From: an uncultured Spirochaetota bacterium
GTDB taxonomy: Bacteria > Spirochaetota > Spirochaetia > SZUA-6 > Fen-1364
Reading direction: 5' to 3'
DNA: 64,000 bases
Assembly: GCA_963820525.1 (NCBI GenBank)
Contig: CAWGAA010000001.1
Span: 2,624,001-2,688,000 of the forward strand
Below, piece after piece: positions 1 to 13,613 of the stretch; the first letter of the stretch is position 1; each line of letters starts with the position of its first letter. Position numbers and translations under genes: made by a program. A model generated the notes under the pieces. The model was not told where the DNA came from. It saw only the letters and a list, made by a program, of their open reading frames with translations, and made no database searches.

Positions 1-759
1 GTCGAGATAAGGCACAGGCAATGCGCGGTATGGCGCTTTCCGCCTCGGCGCATATTCGTGGAGCGGCTCGACATCGAGTGGCACGTCCTTTCTCTACCCG
101 GAAGCGGCGGCACCGCCTCCAGCGCCTTCATCGAAAGGGCTGAAAAGCCCCTCTCTTCCGCCTGGCGGCACTATCTGGTACGGGACGCATCCCCTGTGCA
201 GCCCCTGCCCATGCTCCCCGACCGTCCCCTCGTTGTCAGGCCGGACCGCCCTCTGACCATCCTTCCGGGCGAGCGCGCCCTGTTTTTTCTCGAAATACCG
301 GTCTGGTTCCGTCTTTCCATCGCTTCGGAACAGCCTGTTCGCATCTTCGAAGAGCCCCTCTCCATCCTGTCAAACACGTGGTTTGGCGATCCCGTCAACG
401 GAGAGCTCTGCTACACGCTGTATGTCAGGCTTCACCAGGGGATCGAGTCGGTTGATCCCAGCGCATACCTTGCAGTCTGCCCCCTGTCTCTCACGAACGA
501 CTCCGACATCGACCTTCCCTTCGAGAAGCTCTGCCTGCACGCTGAAAACTTGAGCGTGTTCAAGAGCGAGAAGAGGTTGTGGACGAACAGGCTGAATGTC
601 GTGTTCAAGGGGCCGGATCAGGCAACGCAGATCCAGATCGTGAACGCCCAGCCTGATTTCGAGGACGGGCTCTCGCTGGTTGCGGCCGCCCGCCAGCCGG
701 CGGAGGCGTGGAGCATTCGAAAGACTTTCAGCATGTTGAAGTATTTCACGGAGTTTTGA
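1..759 (+). CDS. DUF432-like protein, probably 5'-truncated by the window edge
   Basis: Frame is open from base 1. Contains PDRPLVVRP, LSNTWFGDP..GELCY and LWTN motifs recalled for DUF432; directly upstream of an MscS gene. Confidence 0.7.
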   Translation, partial: VEIRHRQCAVWRFPPRRIFVERLDIEWHVLSLPGSGGTASSAFIERAEKPLSSAWRHYLVRDASPVQPLPMLPDRPLVVRPDRPLTILPGERALFFLEIPVWFRLSIASEQPVRIFEEPLSILSNTWFGDPVNGELCYTLYVRLHQGIESVDPSAYLAVCPLSLTNDSDIDLPFEKLCLHAENLSVFKSEKRLWTNRLNVVFKGPDQATQIQIVNAQPDFEDGLSLVAAARQPAEAWSIRKTFSMLKYFTEF

Positions 760-769
760 GGAAAAGGGA

Positions 770-1699
770 ATGTTCTTCAACAGAATCGGCGGTTGGATAT
801 CAGAGCTCCTGGGCAAGCTTCCTCCCGATGCTCCCATGCGCGCCTTGTGGATCGGGCTGACGATCGTCATCGGGCTGTTCCTGGCCCGGTTCCTCGCCAT
901 CTTTGTCGAGCGCAATATCATGCGGCGCTCCACGCCGCAGCGCAGAATGATCGTGCGAAAGGCTATCAGCTATTCCGTTTTCGTTCTCGTCGTCCTGGTC
1001 GTGCTGCGGGAGCTCGGTGTGGAGCTGGCCACCCTTTTAGGGGCGGCTGGTATCGTGGGGATCGCCGTCGGCTTCGCCTCCCAGACCAGCGTTTCCAATA
1101 TCATCAGCGGCCTTTTCCTCATATCGGAGAAGCCCTTCGCCGTCGGGGACGTGATCAAGATCGGCGGCACAACGGGGATCATCCAGTCCATCGACCTGTT
1201 GTCAATAAAGATCCGCACCTTCGACAACCTCTTCGTCCGCATCCCCAATGAGAAGATCCTTACTTCCGAGGTCACCAACATCACCCGCTTCCCCATCCGC
1301 AGGATGGACATCGTGATCCATGTGGGGTACGCCCAGGATCTGTCCCATGTGCAGAATGTCCTGGCGGACGTGGCGCGAAAGAACCCCTTTTGTCTCGACG
1401 AGCCGGAGCCCCTGATCCTCTTCAACGATTTCAAGGAGTCGGGGATCGAGGTTCTCTACGGCTTGTGGTTCGGCAAGGATGATTTCCTCAATCTGAAAAA
1501 CTCGATCATGATCGATATAACGACACGATTCGCCGTGGAAGGGATCGAGATTCCCTATCCGCAGCGCGTTCTGCGCACGAGCGGGTCCGCGGACCCGCTT
1601 GCCATCCGAATTGTCGGCGAGCGCGACGGGGCGGGCCGCTCGCCCTTCCCCGAGGATGAGGTGCCGCGCTCGCACAGCGGCGGCAATCCGCCGCTCTAA
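770..1699 (+). CDS. mscS: Small-conductance mechanosensitive channel (MscS family)
   Basis: Three TM helices, GIAVGFASQTSVSNIISG, KPFAVGDVI, IRTFDN..VRIPN and IEIPYPQR motifs. Confidence 0.95.
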   Translation: MFFNRIGGWISELLGKLPPDAPMRALWIGLTIVIGLFLARFLAIFVERNIMRRSTPQRRMIVRKAISYSVFVLVVLVVLRELGVELATLLGAAGIVGIAVGFASQTSVSNIISGLFLISEKPFAVGDVIKIGGTTGIIQSIDLLSIKIRTFDNLFVRIPNEKILTSEVTNITRFPIRRMDIVIHVGYAQDLSHVQNVLADVARKNPFCLDEPEPLILFNDFKESGIEVLYGLWFGKDDFLNLKNSIMIDITTRFAVEGIEIPYPQRVLRTSGSADPLAIRIVGERDGAGRSPFPEDEVPRSHSGGNPPL

Positions 1700-2688
1700 C
1701 GGACCACCTTCTCCCAGCTCCCCGACTTTTCGGATGCGAACAGGGCGTCAAGCACCCTCATATTGTTTACGGCATCCTGCGCGGGGAAGGGGACGGGGCC
1801 TCCATCGTGAACGGCCTTTGAGAAGCCTTCGAAGAGAAGAGCGTACTGGTCCACGGGCCCCGAGGAGATCGTGCGGGGGCCCAGGGATCCGCGAAGCGTC
1901 ATTGGCACGGGCACATCGGGGAAGATGTTGAAACAGGTGGGAATGGAAAGGGAACCCCCTGAGCCGAACACCTCAACTGCTTGAGCGGGATGAGTCTGGG
2001 TGGCAACGGTGAAGAGCGCTCGGGCCTTGCCGAAATCGAGGATGGCGGAGCTCAGGACGTCGGTCTTCAGGACCGGATCGCGATTCACGAGACTTACGAC
2101 CCGCTGGGGTTCCTTTCCCAGGAGGAACCGGGCAGATGACACGGCGTAGCAGCCGATATCGGGGATGGCCCCCCCTCCCGCTTCCGGGATGTTCCTGATG
2201 TTCTTCGGATCCGTCAATGAATAGGTGAATATGGTCTGGATTGCGTGAATCTCTCCCAGCTCCCCCGCTTGCACGATCTCCCGCGCTCTCTGCCACAGGG
2301 GATGGAAGCGGTACATGAACGCCTCCATGACGAGCACGCCCTTCCGCTGGGCATGGGCGATGGCCTCCTCGGCTTCACGGGCGTTCATCGCGAAAGGTTT
2401 CTCGCAGAGGATATGCTTCCCCGCATCCGCCGCCTTTTTCACCCAGGAGGCGTGCAGGTGGTTGGGAAGCGGGATATAGACGGCTTCGATCTCGCGGTCC
2501 GCGAGAAGCTCCTCGTAGGCGCCGTATGCCTTGGGAATCCCGAACCTCCTCGCAGCCTCTTCGGCCCTTCCCTTGGAACGGGATGCGATTGCCCGCATCT
2601 CGATGAGGCTGGATTTGCTGACCGGCGTATGGACCCGAAGGCCATAGTGGTCCGACACCGAAAGAACGCCCCAGACGACAGGTTTCAT
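1696..2688 (-). CDS. Gfo/Idh/MocA family oxidoreductase
   Basis: AVYIPLPNHLH, AGKHILCEKP, EAFMYRFHP and GGGAIPDIGCY motifs. Confidence 0.93.
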   Translation of the reverse strand: MKPVVWGVLSVSDHYGLRVHTPVSKSSLIEMRAIASRSKGRAEEAARRFGIPKAYGAYEELLADREIEAVYIPLPNHLHASWVKKAADAGKHILCEKPFAMNAREAEEAIAHAQRKGVLVMEAFMYRFHPLWQRAREIVQAGELGEIHAIQTIFTYSLTDPKNIRNIPEAGGGAIPDIGCYAVSSARFLLGKEPQRVVSLVNRDPVLKTDVLSSAILDFGKARALFTVATQTHPAQAVEVFGSGGSLSIPTCFNIFPDVPVPMTLRGSLGPRTISSGPVDQYALLFEGFSKAVHDGGPVPFPAQDAVNNMRVLDALFASEKSGSWEKVVR

Positions 2689-2816
2689 GACGCTCCTTCC
2701 TCCCCTGTATAAGAATCGTTCGACGGGAAACGATCGTCAAGGCGCCGCTCGACGAATGATTACGCTGTTGCCGCCGCCCCTGGGCTAGGTGCGCTTCAGG
2801 AGGCGGGCCACCCGTC

Positions 2817-3785
2817 TCACTCCGTCTGCACCCCGGCGCCGAAAACCCACCCTGCCGGATTGCTGATCCTGTACCAGGGGGCGGTGAGTGAGCCGATCTG
2901 AAAGGAGTCCCTGGTTCTTTCTTCCGCGTGGATGCGCTGCCCCTTGAGCAGCGTGGCCACTATGGAGCCGGAGACTTCGCTGGGCGCAGAAAGAACATTG
3001 ACCTTGTCCTCGCTCACGACGAGGATGACGGGAAACTCTTCAGTTTCGATCTTCTGGGCCGGCGGCGCGTTCAAAGCGGCGGCTGCCTGGCGAATGATAT
3101 CCGAGAAGGGAGAGGAAGGATAATCCGAAAGGGCTGATTTCAGGAACGCTGCTTTCAGCTTCAAATTGTCCGTCCGCGAGGCGATGCGGTATAAAAGCGC
3201 ACTCTCCACGCTTCCGATCTGGGAGGAGATCCCTTCGTTTCGGGCGAACACGTCGCTGTACAGGGTGTCGCTGGCCTGATCGTGGCAGGAGACGCGGACA
3301 AAAACCGCGCCGGCGGAGTCTTTGCGGATGGCAAGGATGGACATGATCGGCAGGTGCCCTGCGAGCTGTGAGCGCTCGGTTGGGAGGGTAAAAACCGGTA
3401 CTTCGTCGTATACCACGACGGCCAGAATAGAGTTCGCCGCAAAGTACTCAGCTCGGACCCAGCCGTCGATCCCCGATGTCCGGCGGACCCGGACGATTTT
3501 CTTCAGGCTTCCCGAGAATGAGGCTTTCGTGCTTGGTCCCAGAAGGGTGAGCTTTTCTCCTATCTGCAATCGTGAGAGAGGCGAAAGCTTTCCATCTGAA
3601 AGGCCCCACAGGGTGAGACCGTCGAGCATGCAAAAGCCGCTCTTTTCATCAGAAATCAGGCTGTCACGGACCGCCTCGGGAATTCTCTCCATCTGCTGCC
3701 TATTCGGCGGCACGGGATATTTCCTGCAGAATGCCATGAGGAGAAAGAGCGACACTGCGAGGATTGCCGCGGCTACTTTTTTCAT
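2817..3785 (-). CDS. SH3b-like domain lipoprotein (paralog of the adjacent gene)
   Basis: Signal peptide ending MAFC; GWVRAEY and WYRI..PAGWVFG SH3b-type motifs. Confidence 0.75.
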   Translation of the reverse strand: MKKVAAAILAVSLFLLMAFCRKYPVPPNRQQMERIPEAVRDSLISDEKSGFCMLDGLTLWGLSDGKLSPLSRLQIGEKLTLLGPSTKASFSGSLKKIVRVRRTSGIDGWVRAEYFAANSILAVVVYDEVPVFTLPTERSQLAGHLPIMSILAIRKDSAGAVFVRVSCHDQASDTLYSDVFARNEGISSQIGSVESALLYRIASRTDNLKLKAAFLKSALSDYPSSPFSDIIRQAAAALNAPPAQKIETEEFPVILVVSEDKVNVLSAPSEVSGSIVATLLKGQRIHAEERTRDSFQIGSLTAPWYRISNPAGWVFGAGVQTE

Positions 3786-3809
3786 GAGCGACCTCCGCGC
3801 GTCCGTTCA

Positions 3810-3838
3810 ACGCTATGGTGCGCGGAGGCCGCTGTCAA
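3810..3838 (-). promoter_or_regulatory. sigma70-like promoter TTGACA-N17-TAGCGT
   Basis: Read on the minus strand just upstream of the 3785 start codon. Confidence 0.6.
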
Positions 3839-3859
3839 GGCATCAAAGGAAAGTGCCCC

Positions 3860-4810
3860 CTACTCCCCCGCGGGGGCAAGATAGCCGCCCCAGACCCATC
3901 CCGCGGGCTCCTTGATCCGGTACCAGGGGGCAGAGGTGTTGTCAATTGTATAGGTGTCGATGGTTTCCTCGACAATCTCCACTTTCTGGCCCTTCGTCAA
4001 TTTCGCGAGAACAGTGCCCGCGTTTTCATCCGGCTTGTCGCGCACATTGACATCGTTGTCCGTCGAAGCAAGGATTTCGCTATGGGCGGTGGTTTCCTTG
4101 CCCGCGCTCGGTGAACTCAAAACAGCGAGAGCCTCCTCGATCCGGGCCTTGAAGGCAGAGTCGGGATAGTCTTTCTGAGCAGATTCCAAAAGGGTCTTTT
4201 TGAGCTTTCCATCCTTCTTCGTCTGAGCGAGGATGAGGAGGATGGCGCTCTGTACATCGTCCGCTCTTGTCGATATCCCCTCGTTTCTGAAGAAAACTCC
4301 GCTCTGGAGATACAACGCCTGGTCGTAGAGCGTGGCTTTGAGGTAGGGTTGCCCGGCCGTCTCCTTGGCGATGGCGATGATCGAGAGGGCGGGAACGGAT
4401 TTCGCCGTGGCGGCCGTATTCTTCGGCTGAGAATAGACGATGGCTTCCTCTGAGGTGACGACGCCTAGAACGGAATTGGCAACGACGAATTCAGCCCTTA
4501 CCCATCCCTCACTCCCTGACTCCCGGCGCACCTTGATGAAATCCATCTCCTGTTTACGATAAGGATCGACCGCCCTGGTCGCCTGCTCGAGAAGCTGGAG
4601 TTTCTCTCCCAATTGAATGCTTTCCTTGTACTTCAAGGTTTCGTCCGCCTGCTGGTCGAGCAGCGGCAGATCTGCGAGGATGCAGAACCCGCTCTTGGCG
4701 TCCGAGGCCAGCGGCGAGGCACCCTGGGCGCCTCCCGATGTCTTCTGTCCGCAGGAAACGACGATGAGAAGCCCGCAGAGAGCCGAGGCAATGCCGAGAG
4801 CACGTTTCAT
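3860..4810 (-). CDS. SH3b-like domain lipoprotein
   Basis: GGAGG RBS before ATG 4810; lipobox-like LIVVSC; EGWVRAEF, VNVRDKP and WYRIKEPAGWVWGGYL motifs. Confidence 0.8.
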   Translation of the reverse strand: MKRALGIASALCGLLIVVSCGQKTSGGAQGASPLASDAKSGFCILADLPLLDQQADETLKYKESIQLGEKLQLLEQATRAVDPYRKQEMDFIKVRRESGSEGWVRAEFVVANSVLGVVTSEEAIVYSQPKNTAATAKSVPALSIIAIAKETAGQPYLKATLYDQALYLQSGVFFRNEGISTRADDVQSAILLILAQTKKDGKLKKTLLESAQKDYPDSAFKARIEEALAVLSSPSAGKETTAHSEILASTDNDVNVRDKPDENAGTVLAKLTKGQKVEIVEETIDTYTIDNTSAPWYRIKEPAGWVWGGYLAPAGE

Positions 4811-4833
4811 ATCCACCTCCTGACGATTGGCCC

Positions 4834-4862
4834 ATGCTATGGCGTGTGAAAGTAGCTGTCAA
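4834..4862 (-). promoter_or_regulatory. sigma70-like promoter TTGACA-N17-TAGCAT
   Basis: Read on the minus strand upstream of the 4810 start; same layout as 3810-3838. Confidence 0.6.
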
Positions 4863-4998
4863 CATCGAAGAACGGAAGCGGCTCGCCCTGGCGAGATTCT
4901 CTTCGATAAAAATGCTTTGGAAAATCGCCGGTTCGTGCGATACTATTCAGTTGATAATTGAGTTATACCTCTTTTTCTGCAAGTAGGAGGATCCCTCC

Positions 4999-7155
4999 AT
5001 GAGCAAGAAGCTCTTTTCTCTGGCCGCGCTGCTTCTCTTTGCACTTCCTTCTGTCTACCCTCAAGCAGCGGGCGCCGATCTCAACGAGTTTTACCAATTC
5101 CCGATCGGAATCGCTGTGGAATACCAGACCCTCACTCCCCTCGCGGCATACAATACCCCATACAACATATTCGACGTCGCGGGCCAGATCACGGTTCCGC
5201 TCCCCATGCTGCCGGTGCTCCAACCCTACCTGCGCGGCGGAATGATGCGGTTCGACAGCATCGATGCCGCCGCCCCGGACAAGTGGGATCACTACCATAT
5301 CTACGGGACTCTGGGGATCTCCTACGTGAACCGGATCGTCAAGAACTTCGAGTTTGGAGCCGACCTGAGCGCGGGGGCTTCCGAGGCGATTTTCCCGAAC
5401 GTCGTAGACACCGGCACGGTCGGCTCTCCTTTTCTTTTATTCTCCGCCGGCGCGAAGGTGAGCCTCGTTCCTTCCTACAGCTTCAGCATCGACTTTCATC
5501 CCAACGTCAGGTACCTCCAGGCGCTGGGCCCATTGAATACATTCAACGGATTCCTTTTCTCGTTCGGATTCGCGGCAAGCTACAGGTTCGGTGAGGATCC
5601 CGATTCAGCCCGGGCAATCATCCGCAGCCTGCGCTTCGAAGACCTGAAGCTTCCCTCCGCGTTCAGCGCAATGCAGGGCTTCTATGCCAAGAACCCCCTG
5701 GGCCAAGTGACCCTCGTCAACACGGAAAGGCAGCCCGTGACGGACGTGGAGGTATCGTTCTTCCAGCCCGGATACATGGATTCCCCCACGGCTTCAGCGT
5801 CCATCGCCAGAATCCCTTCAGGAGGCAATGTTCGCGTGCCCATCCTCGCCGTGTTCAACAAGCAGGTCTTTTCCACCGAAGGGGTGACGCCGCTTACCGG
5901 TGAAATCATCGTCACCTACAAGCTTGCCAGCAGGCCCGTGGATCAGCGTTCACCCGTCACCTACGACCTGTACGACAAGACGGCAATCGTGTGGGACGAG
6001 GATCGCAAGGTTGCGGCCTTCATAACTCCCCAGGACAGCGCGCTGAAGAACTACACCGCTTTCATCAGCCAGGCTGTCAGGGAAGCCTCTCTTCCCAACT
6101 ACAACGAATCGATCCAGACGGCGATGCAGGTCTACGCGGGGCTTCGCGAGATCGGGCTTCTCTATCAGGTTGATGCCGCATCTCCCTTCACGAAGGTGCA
6201 GGGACAAGGCCAGCTGGTGGACTCCGTCACCTTGCCGCGGCTCACCCTCAAGAGAAGGTACGGGGACTGCGACGATCTTACCGTGCTTTTCTGCAGTCTC
6301 CTTGAAACCCAGAATGTGGAAACCGGTTTCATCACGGTACCGGGACACATCTACGCCGCCTTCAATACGAACATCCAGGCAACCGACTTCAAAGAGATCA
6401 CGCCGGATCGATCGATGGTCCTCACCGTGGACAACAAGCTGTGGATTCCCTTGGAAGTGACCATGCTGGACGGAAACAATGGGTTCCAAGAGTCATGGGC
6501 GAGGGGGATCGCGCTGTGGAACGCGAGCGAGAAGGAGCGGAGATTCTATAAAACGCGCGACGCCCAGAAGATCTATACCCCCGTAGCCCTCCAGGAGACC
6601 GACCTTGGGCTTCAGTATGGGAGCAAGAACGATCTGGTGGGCTATTTTACCAGGGATCGTGACAGGCTTTCAGAGACCGTTACCAAGTCGGTCGCCGCTG
6701 AAGCCGCACGGAGCAACACGCGCAAGGACTATAACCGGCTGGGAATCCTCTACGCACGATTCGGCCGCTATGGGGAAGCTGAAACCGCGCTTGAAAACGC
6801 CCTCAAGGTGGATCCCAAGTATGTCGGGGCCATGGTGAACCTCGGAAACGTCCAGTTCCTGCGCAAGGAGTACCAAAAGGCCATCGACGTGTACAAGAGC
6901 GCGATCGCCCAATCGGGAAAGGATTCAGCGCCATCTTCTTCAGCGCTGAAACTGATCGGCCTCCTGAACCTTTCGCGAGTCTACAACGCCATCGGCAAGG
7001 CGGATCAGGCGAAGTCCTACTTCGCGCAGGCCGATAAGATGGATCACCAGAAGGCCAGCGAGTACGCGTACCTGGCAACCGCGGATTCTGGCTCAAGCAG
7101 GGCCGCTGACGAGGGAAGCGCCGGGAAGAAGATCATCTTCTCGGAGGAGGAATAG
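4999..7155 (+). CDS. Exported protein: putative outer-membrane beta-barrel + Ig-like + transglutaminase-like (Cys-His-acid) + TPR domains
   Basis: AGGAGG RBS and signal peptide; about 175 aa of amphipathic strands ending SFGFAASYRF; GDCDDLTVLFCSLLE...PGHIY...WIPLEVT; C-terminal TPRs (YNRLGILYARFGRYGEA, MVNLGNVQF). Confidence 0.75.
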   Translation: MSKKLFSLAALLLFALPSVYPQAAGADLNEFYQFPIGIAVEYQTLTPLAAYNTPYNIFDVAGQITVPLPMLPVLQPYLRGGMMRFDSIDAAAPDKWDHYHIYGTLGISYVNRIVKNFEFGADLSAGASEAIFPNVVDTGTVGSPFLLFSAGAKVSLVPSYSFSIDFHPNVRYLQALGPLNTFNGFLFSFGFAASYRFGEDPDSARAIIRSLRFEDLKLPSAFSAMQGFYAKNPLGQVTLVNTERQPVTDVEVSFFQPGYMDSPTASASIARIPSGGNVRVPILAVFNKQVFSTEGVTPLTGEIIVTYKLASRPVDQRSPVTYDLYDKTAIVWDEDRKVAAFITPQDSALKNYTAFISQAVREASLPNYNESIQTAMQVYAGLREIGLLYQVDAASPFTKVQGQGQLVDSVTLPRLTLKRRYGDCDDLTVLFCSLLETQNVETGFITVPGHIYAAFNTNIQATDFKEITPDRSMVLTVDNKLWIPLEVTMLDGNNGFQESWARGIALWNASEKERRFYKTRDAQKIYTPVALQETDLGLQYGSKNDLVGYFTRDRDRLSETVTKSVAAEAARSNTRKDYNRLGILYARFGRYGEAETALENALKVDPKYVGAMVNLGNVQFLRKEYQKAIDVYKSAIAQSGKDSAPSSSALKLIGLLNLSRVYNAIGKADQAKSYFAQADKMDHQKASEYAYLATADSGSSRAADEGSAGKKIIFSEEE

Positions 7156-7157
7156 CT

Positions 7158-11318
<4,161 letters not shown>

Positions 11319-11449
11319 TCAGGGAACCGGGGGAAACCCGGCGAATGCAGTGTAATGAGATGGCGCGCGACCTCGCTGCCTGACGCGGCTGCAGTCACCG
11401 GGCGGCAACCGTGTCGCTTGCCAAACCTTCTTTCGTGGTATGCCCGTCC

Positions 11450-11896
11450 TCAGGTGCTCTCGAGAAGATGGAAGACGTCGTCGGTGGACTTGGCGGAGAT
11501 GATCGCCTTGCGCTTCTCCTTGTTCCTGATGATGAGGGTGAGCTTGGCCAGGATCCTGAGGTAATTCTCGTGCTCCTCGGGCCCTGCGATGAGGAAGGCG
11601 AGGTGAACGGGCTTTTCGTCGATGCTCTGCCATTCCACGCCATCCTGGAAGATTCCGATCGTGATGAAGAAGTCCCTCACCCAGCGGCTCTTGATGTGGG
11701 GAATGGCCACGTTCTGGCCGATGCCGGTGGTGACGATGTATTCCCTGTCCAGCACCGCGTTCTGGAACTGCTCGAAATCGATCACGTAGGTGTCATCGTT
11801 GGAAATCTCGATCAACTTGGCCAGCGCTTCCTGCTTATCCCTGGCCTGCAGGAACGCGATCCTATCCTTCGAGATGAAATCTTTGAGGTTGATCAT
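11450..11896 (-). CDS. PTS EIIA component (Ntr/fructose type)
   Basis: DRE...TTGIGQNVAIPH (phospho-His) and WQSIDEKPVHLAFLI motifs; start placed at ATG 11896. Confidence 0.9.
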   Translation of the reverse strand: MINLKDFISKDRIAFLQARDKQEALAKLIEISNDDTYVIDFEQFQNAVLDREYIVTTGIGQNVAIPHIKSRWVRDFFITIGIFQDGVEWQSIDEKPVHLAFLIAGPEEHENYLRILAKLTLIIRNKEKRKAIISAKSTDDVFHLLEST

Positions 11897-11967
11897 ATGA
11901 TATGCCAGTATACTGCTTTGACCGGAGGGGGACAAGGCGGCCTTTTCTCTCGATTGATGGGGCGGCT

Positions 11968-13062
11968 TTAGATGATGTCTTCCCAGACAACACCCTCACC
12001 GGACGGGATACTGCGCCTGGCCACGGCACCGATCACCAGGCCAAGGTGCTCGGGGCCCAGCCCGGGCTGAAGTTTCTTTTCAGTTCGAAGAATCGCCACC
12101 ATCTCTTCCGAGATGCGCTCACCCCGGGGAATCTCCTTCACCGCGTGTATCGAGCGGTTTGTCCGGTTGTAGTTGCCCTTCTCCGAAGCGGCGAGTGCTT
12201 TCACGCCGTTTCCTTCCACCCGGGCCACGCGATCCCCGCCAAACTCGTCGCACAGCCGGGCGCGCGCTGCCGACGGATCCAGCTCAGCGGCCCGTATGCG
12301 GTCCACCATCTTTCGAAAAGCTTCCGGCTCGAGAGCAATGGGGTCGTCGAGGCCCGTGCCGCCGCGCGAGAGAGTGAAATGCTTTTCCAGAACGGATGCG
12401 CCGTTTGCAGCCGCGAGCGCCGGCACCAGGACCGGGTCCAACGAATGATCAGACACCCCGGTCTCCACCCCGAAGATCCCGCTGAGATTTAGCAGGATGC
12501 GCAGGTTGTATTCTTCCTCGGGGGCCGGATATGCGGTGATGCAGTGGAGGAGAACGACGTTTCTCCCCGTGATGGAAATGGCCTGCTCGATGTCCGAAAG
12601 GGTCGATACGCCGGAGGAAAGCACCAGGGGAAGCCCGTAACCGCTCACTTCACGGAGGAGCGGAAAGTGGTTGAGCTCTGGGGAGGCGATCTTGATGGCC
12701 GCGACGCCGAGAGAGCGGAGTTCCCGGGCGCTTTGTATTCCGAAGGCTGAAGCGAGAAAGAAAAGCCCGCGCGCTTCAGCGTATTCCTTTATTTCCCGGT
12801 AGAAGGAGATATCCTTCTCCAGGGTCTTGAAGTGGCGGTACAGCTCGATCCTGCCGGTGGGAAGGTCAACCTCTCCTGACAAGGGATGGAGGATCTCATC
12901 CGCGTAGACGAGCTGAAGCTTCACGCAGTCGGCTCCCGACCGACCCGCGGCGTCCACCAGTTCCCGCGCGCGTGCCGGATCCCCCTGATGAGAAGTGCCC
13001 AATTCCGCGACGATCATGCATGGCTCACCGGCCCCGACCCTGCGGGCCCCGAAGGCGATCAT
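11968..13062 (-). CDS. N-acetylneuraminate/nonulosonate synthase family (NeuB/PseI/SpsE) with SAF domain
   Basis: IVAELGTSHQG, IKIASPE, LLHCITAYP, GVSDHS and LEKHFTL motifs; C-terminal SAF/AFP-like domain. Confidence 0.92.
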   Translation of the reverse strand: MIAFGARRVGAGEPCMIVAELGTSHQGDPARARELVDAAGRSGADCVKLQLVYADEILHPLSGEVDLPTGRIELYRHFKTLEKDISFYREIKEYAEARGLFFLASAFGIQSARELRSLGVAAIKIASPELNHFPLLREVSGYGLPLVLSSGVSTLSDIEQAISITGRNVVLLHCITAYPAPEEEYNLRILLNLSGIFGVETGVSDHSLDPVLVPALAAANGASVLEKHFTLSRGGTGLDDPIALEPEAFRKMVDRIRAAELDPSAARARLCDEFGGDRVARVEGNGVKALAASEKGNYNRTNRSIHAVKEIPRGERISEEMVAILRTEKKLQPGLGPEHLGLVIGAVARRSIPSGEGVVWEDII

Positions 13063-13613
13063 TTCCGTGCCGTGCTCCCCAGTCCGTCATCGTCCTGGAA
13101 GATCCTGCTTCCAACGGTGCGCTTCTGGCCCTGGTACTTTCCCGCGTAAGGCCTGTTGGTGCAGCGATCCATGAAGGCGAAGACGATCTGGCAGATCCGG
13201 CGTCCGCTCGCCAGGCGGAGGGGGAGGCGATTGGCGTTGAAAAGCTCCAGCGTGATGGTCCCCTCGAAACCGGGATCGACCCAGCCCGCGTTCTGGATGA
13301 ACAGGCCCATCCTGCCGATCGAGCTTCTTCCCTCCACGAACGCGGTCACGTTGTGCGGCAGCTTGATGAACTCCACCGTGGTGGCGAGGAGGAAGGAGTG
13401 GGGGGGGATCACGATCTCCTCCTTCTCGATCTCCACGTATCGCGGCTCGGTGTCCAGCCCGAGGCTTTCCATGCTGTTCTCGTCGATCTTGAGGAAATGC
13501 CTGCCCAGCCGAAGATCGATGGAGGCGGGTTGGATCTGGTATGGCTCGATGGGCTCCACGACGATGGTTCGTGCCGCCATCATTTCTTTGAGCGTTTCGT
13601 CCGAGACGATCAT
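13059..13613 (-). CDS. dcd: dCTP deaminase
   Basis: IQPASIDLRLG, EGRSSIGRMG, AGWVDPGFEGTITLE and YAGKYQGQ motifs. Confidence 0.97.
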   Translation of the reverse strand: MIVSDETLKEMMAARTIVVEPIEPYQIQPASIDLRLGRHFLKIDENSMESLGLDTEPRYVEIEKEEIVIPPHSFLLATTVEFIKLPHNVTAFVEGRSSIGRMGLFIQNAGWVDPGFEGTITLELFNANRLPLRLASGRRICQIVFAFMDRCTNRPYAGKYQGQKRTVGSRIFQDDDGLGSTARK

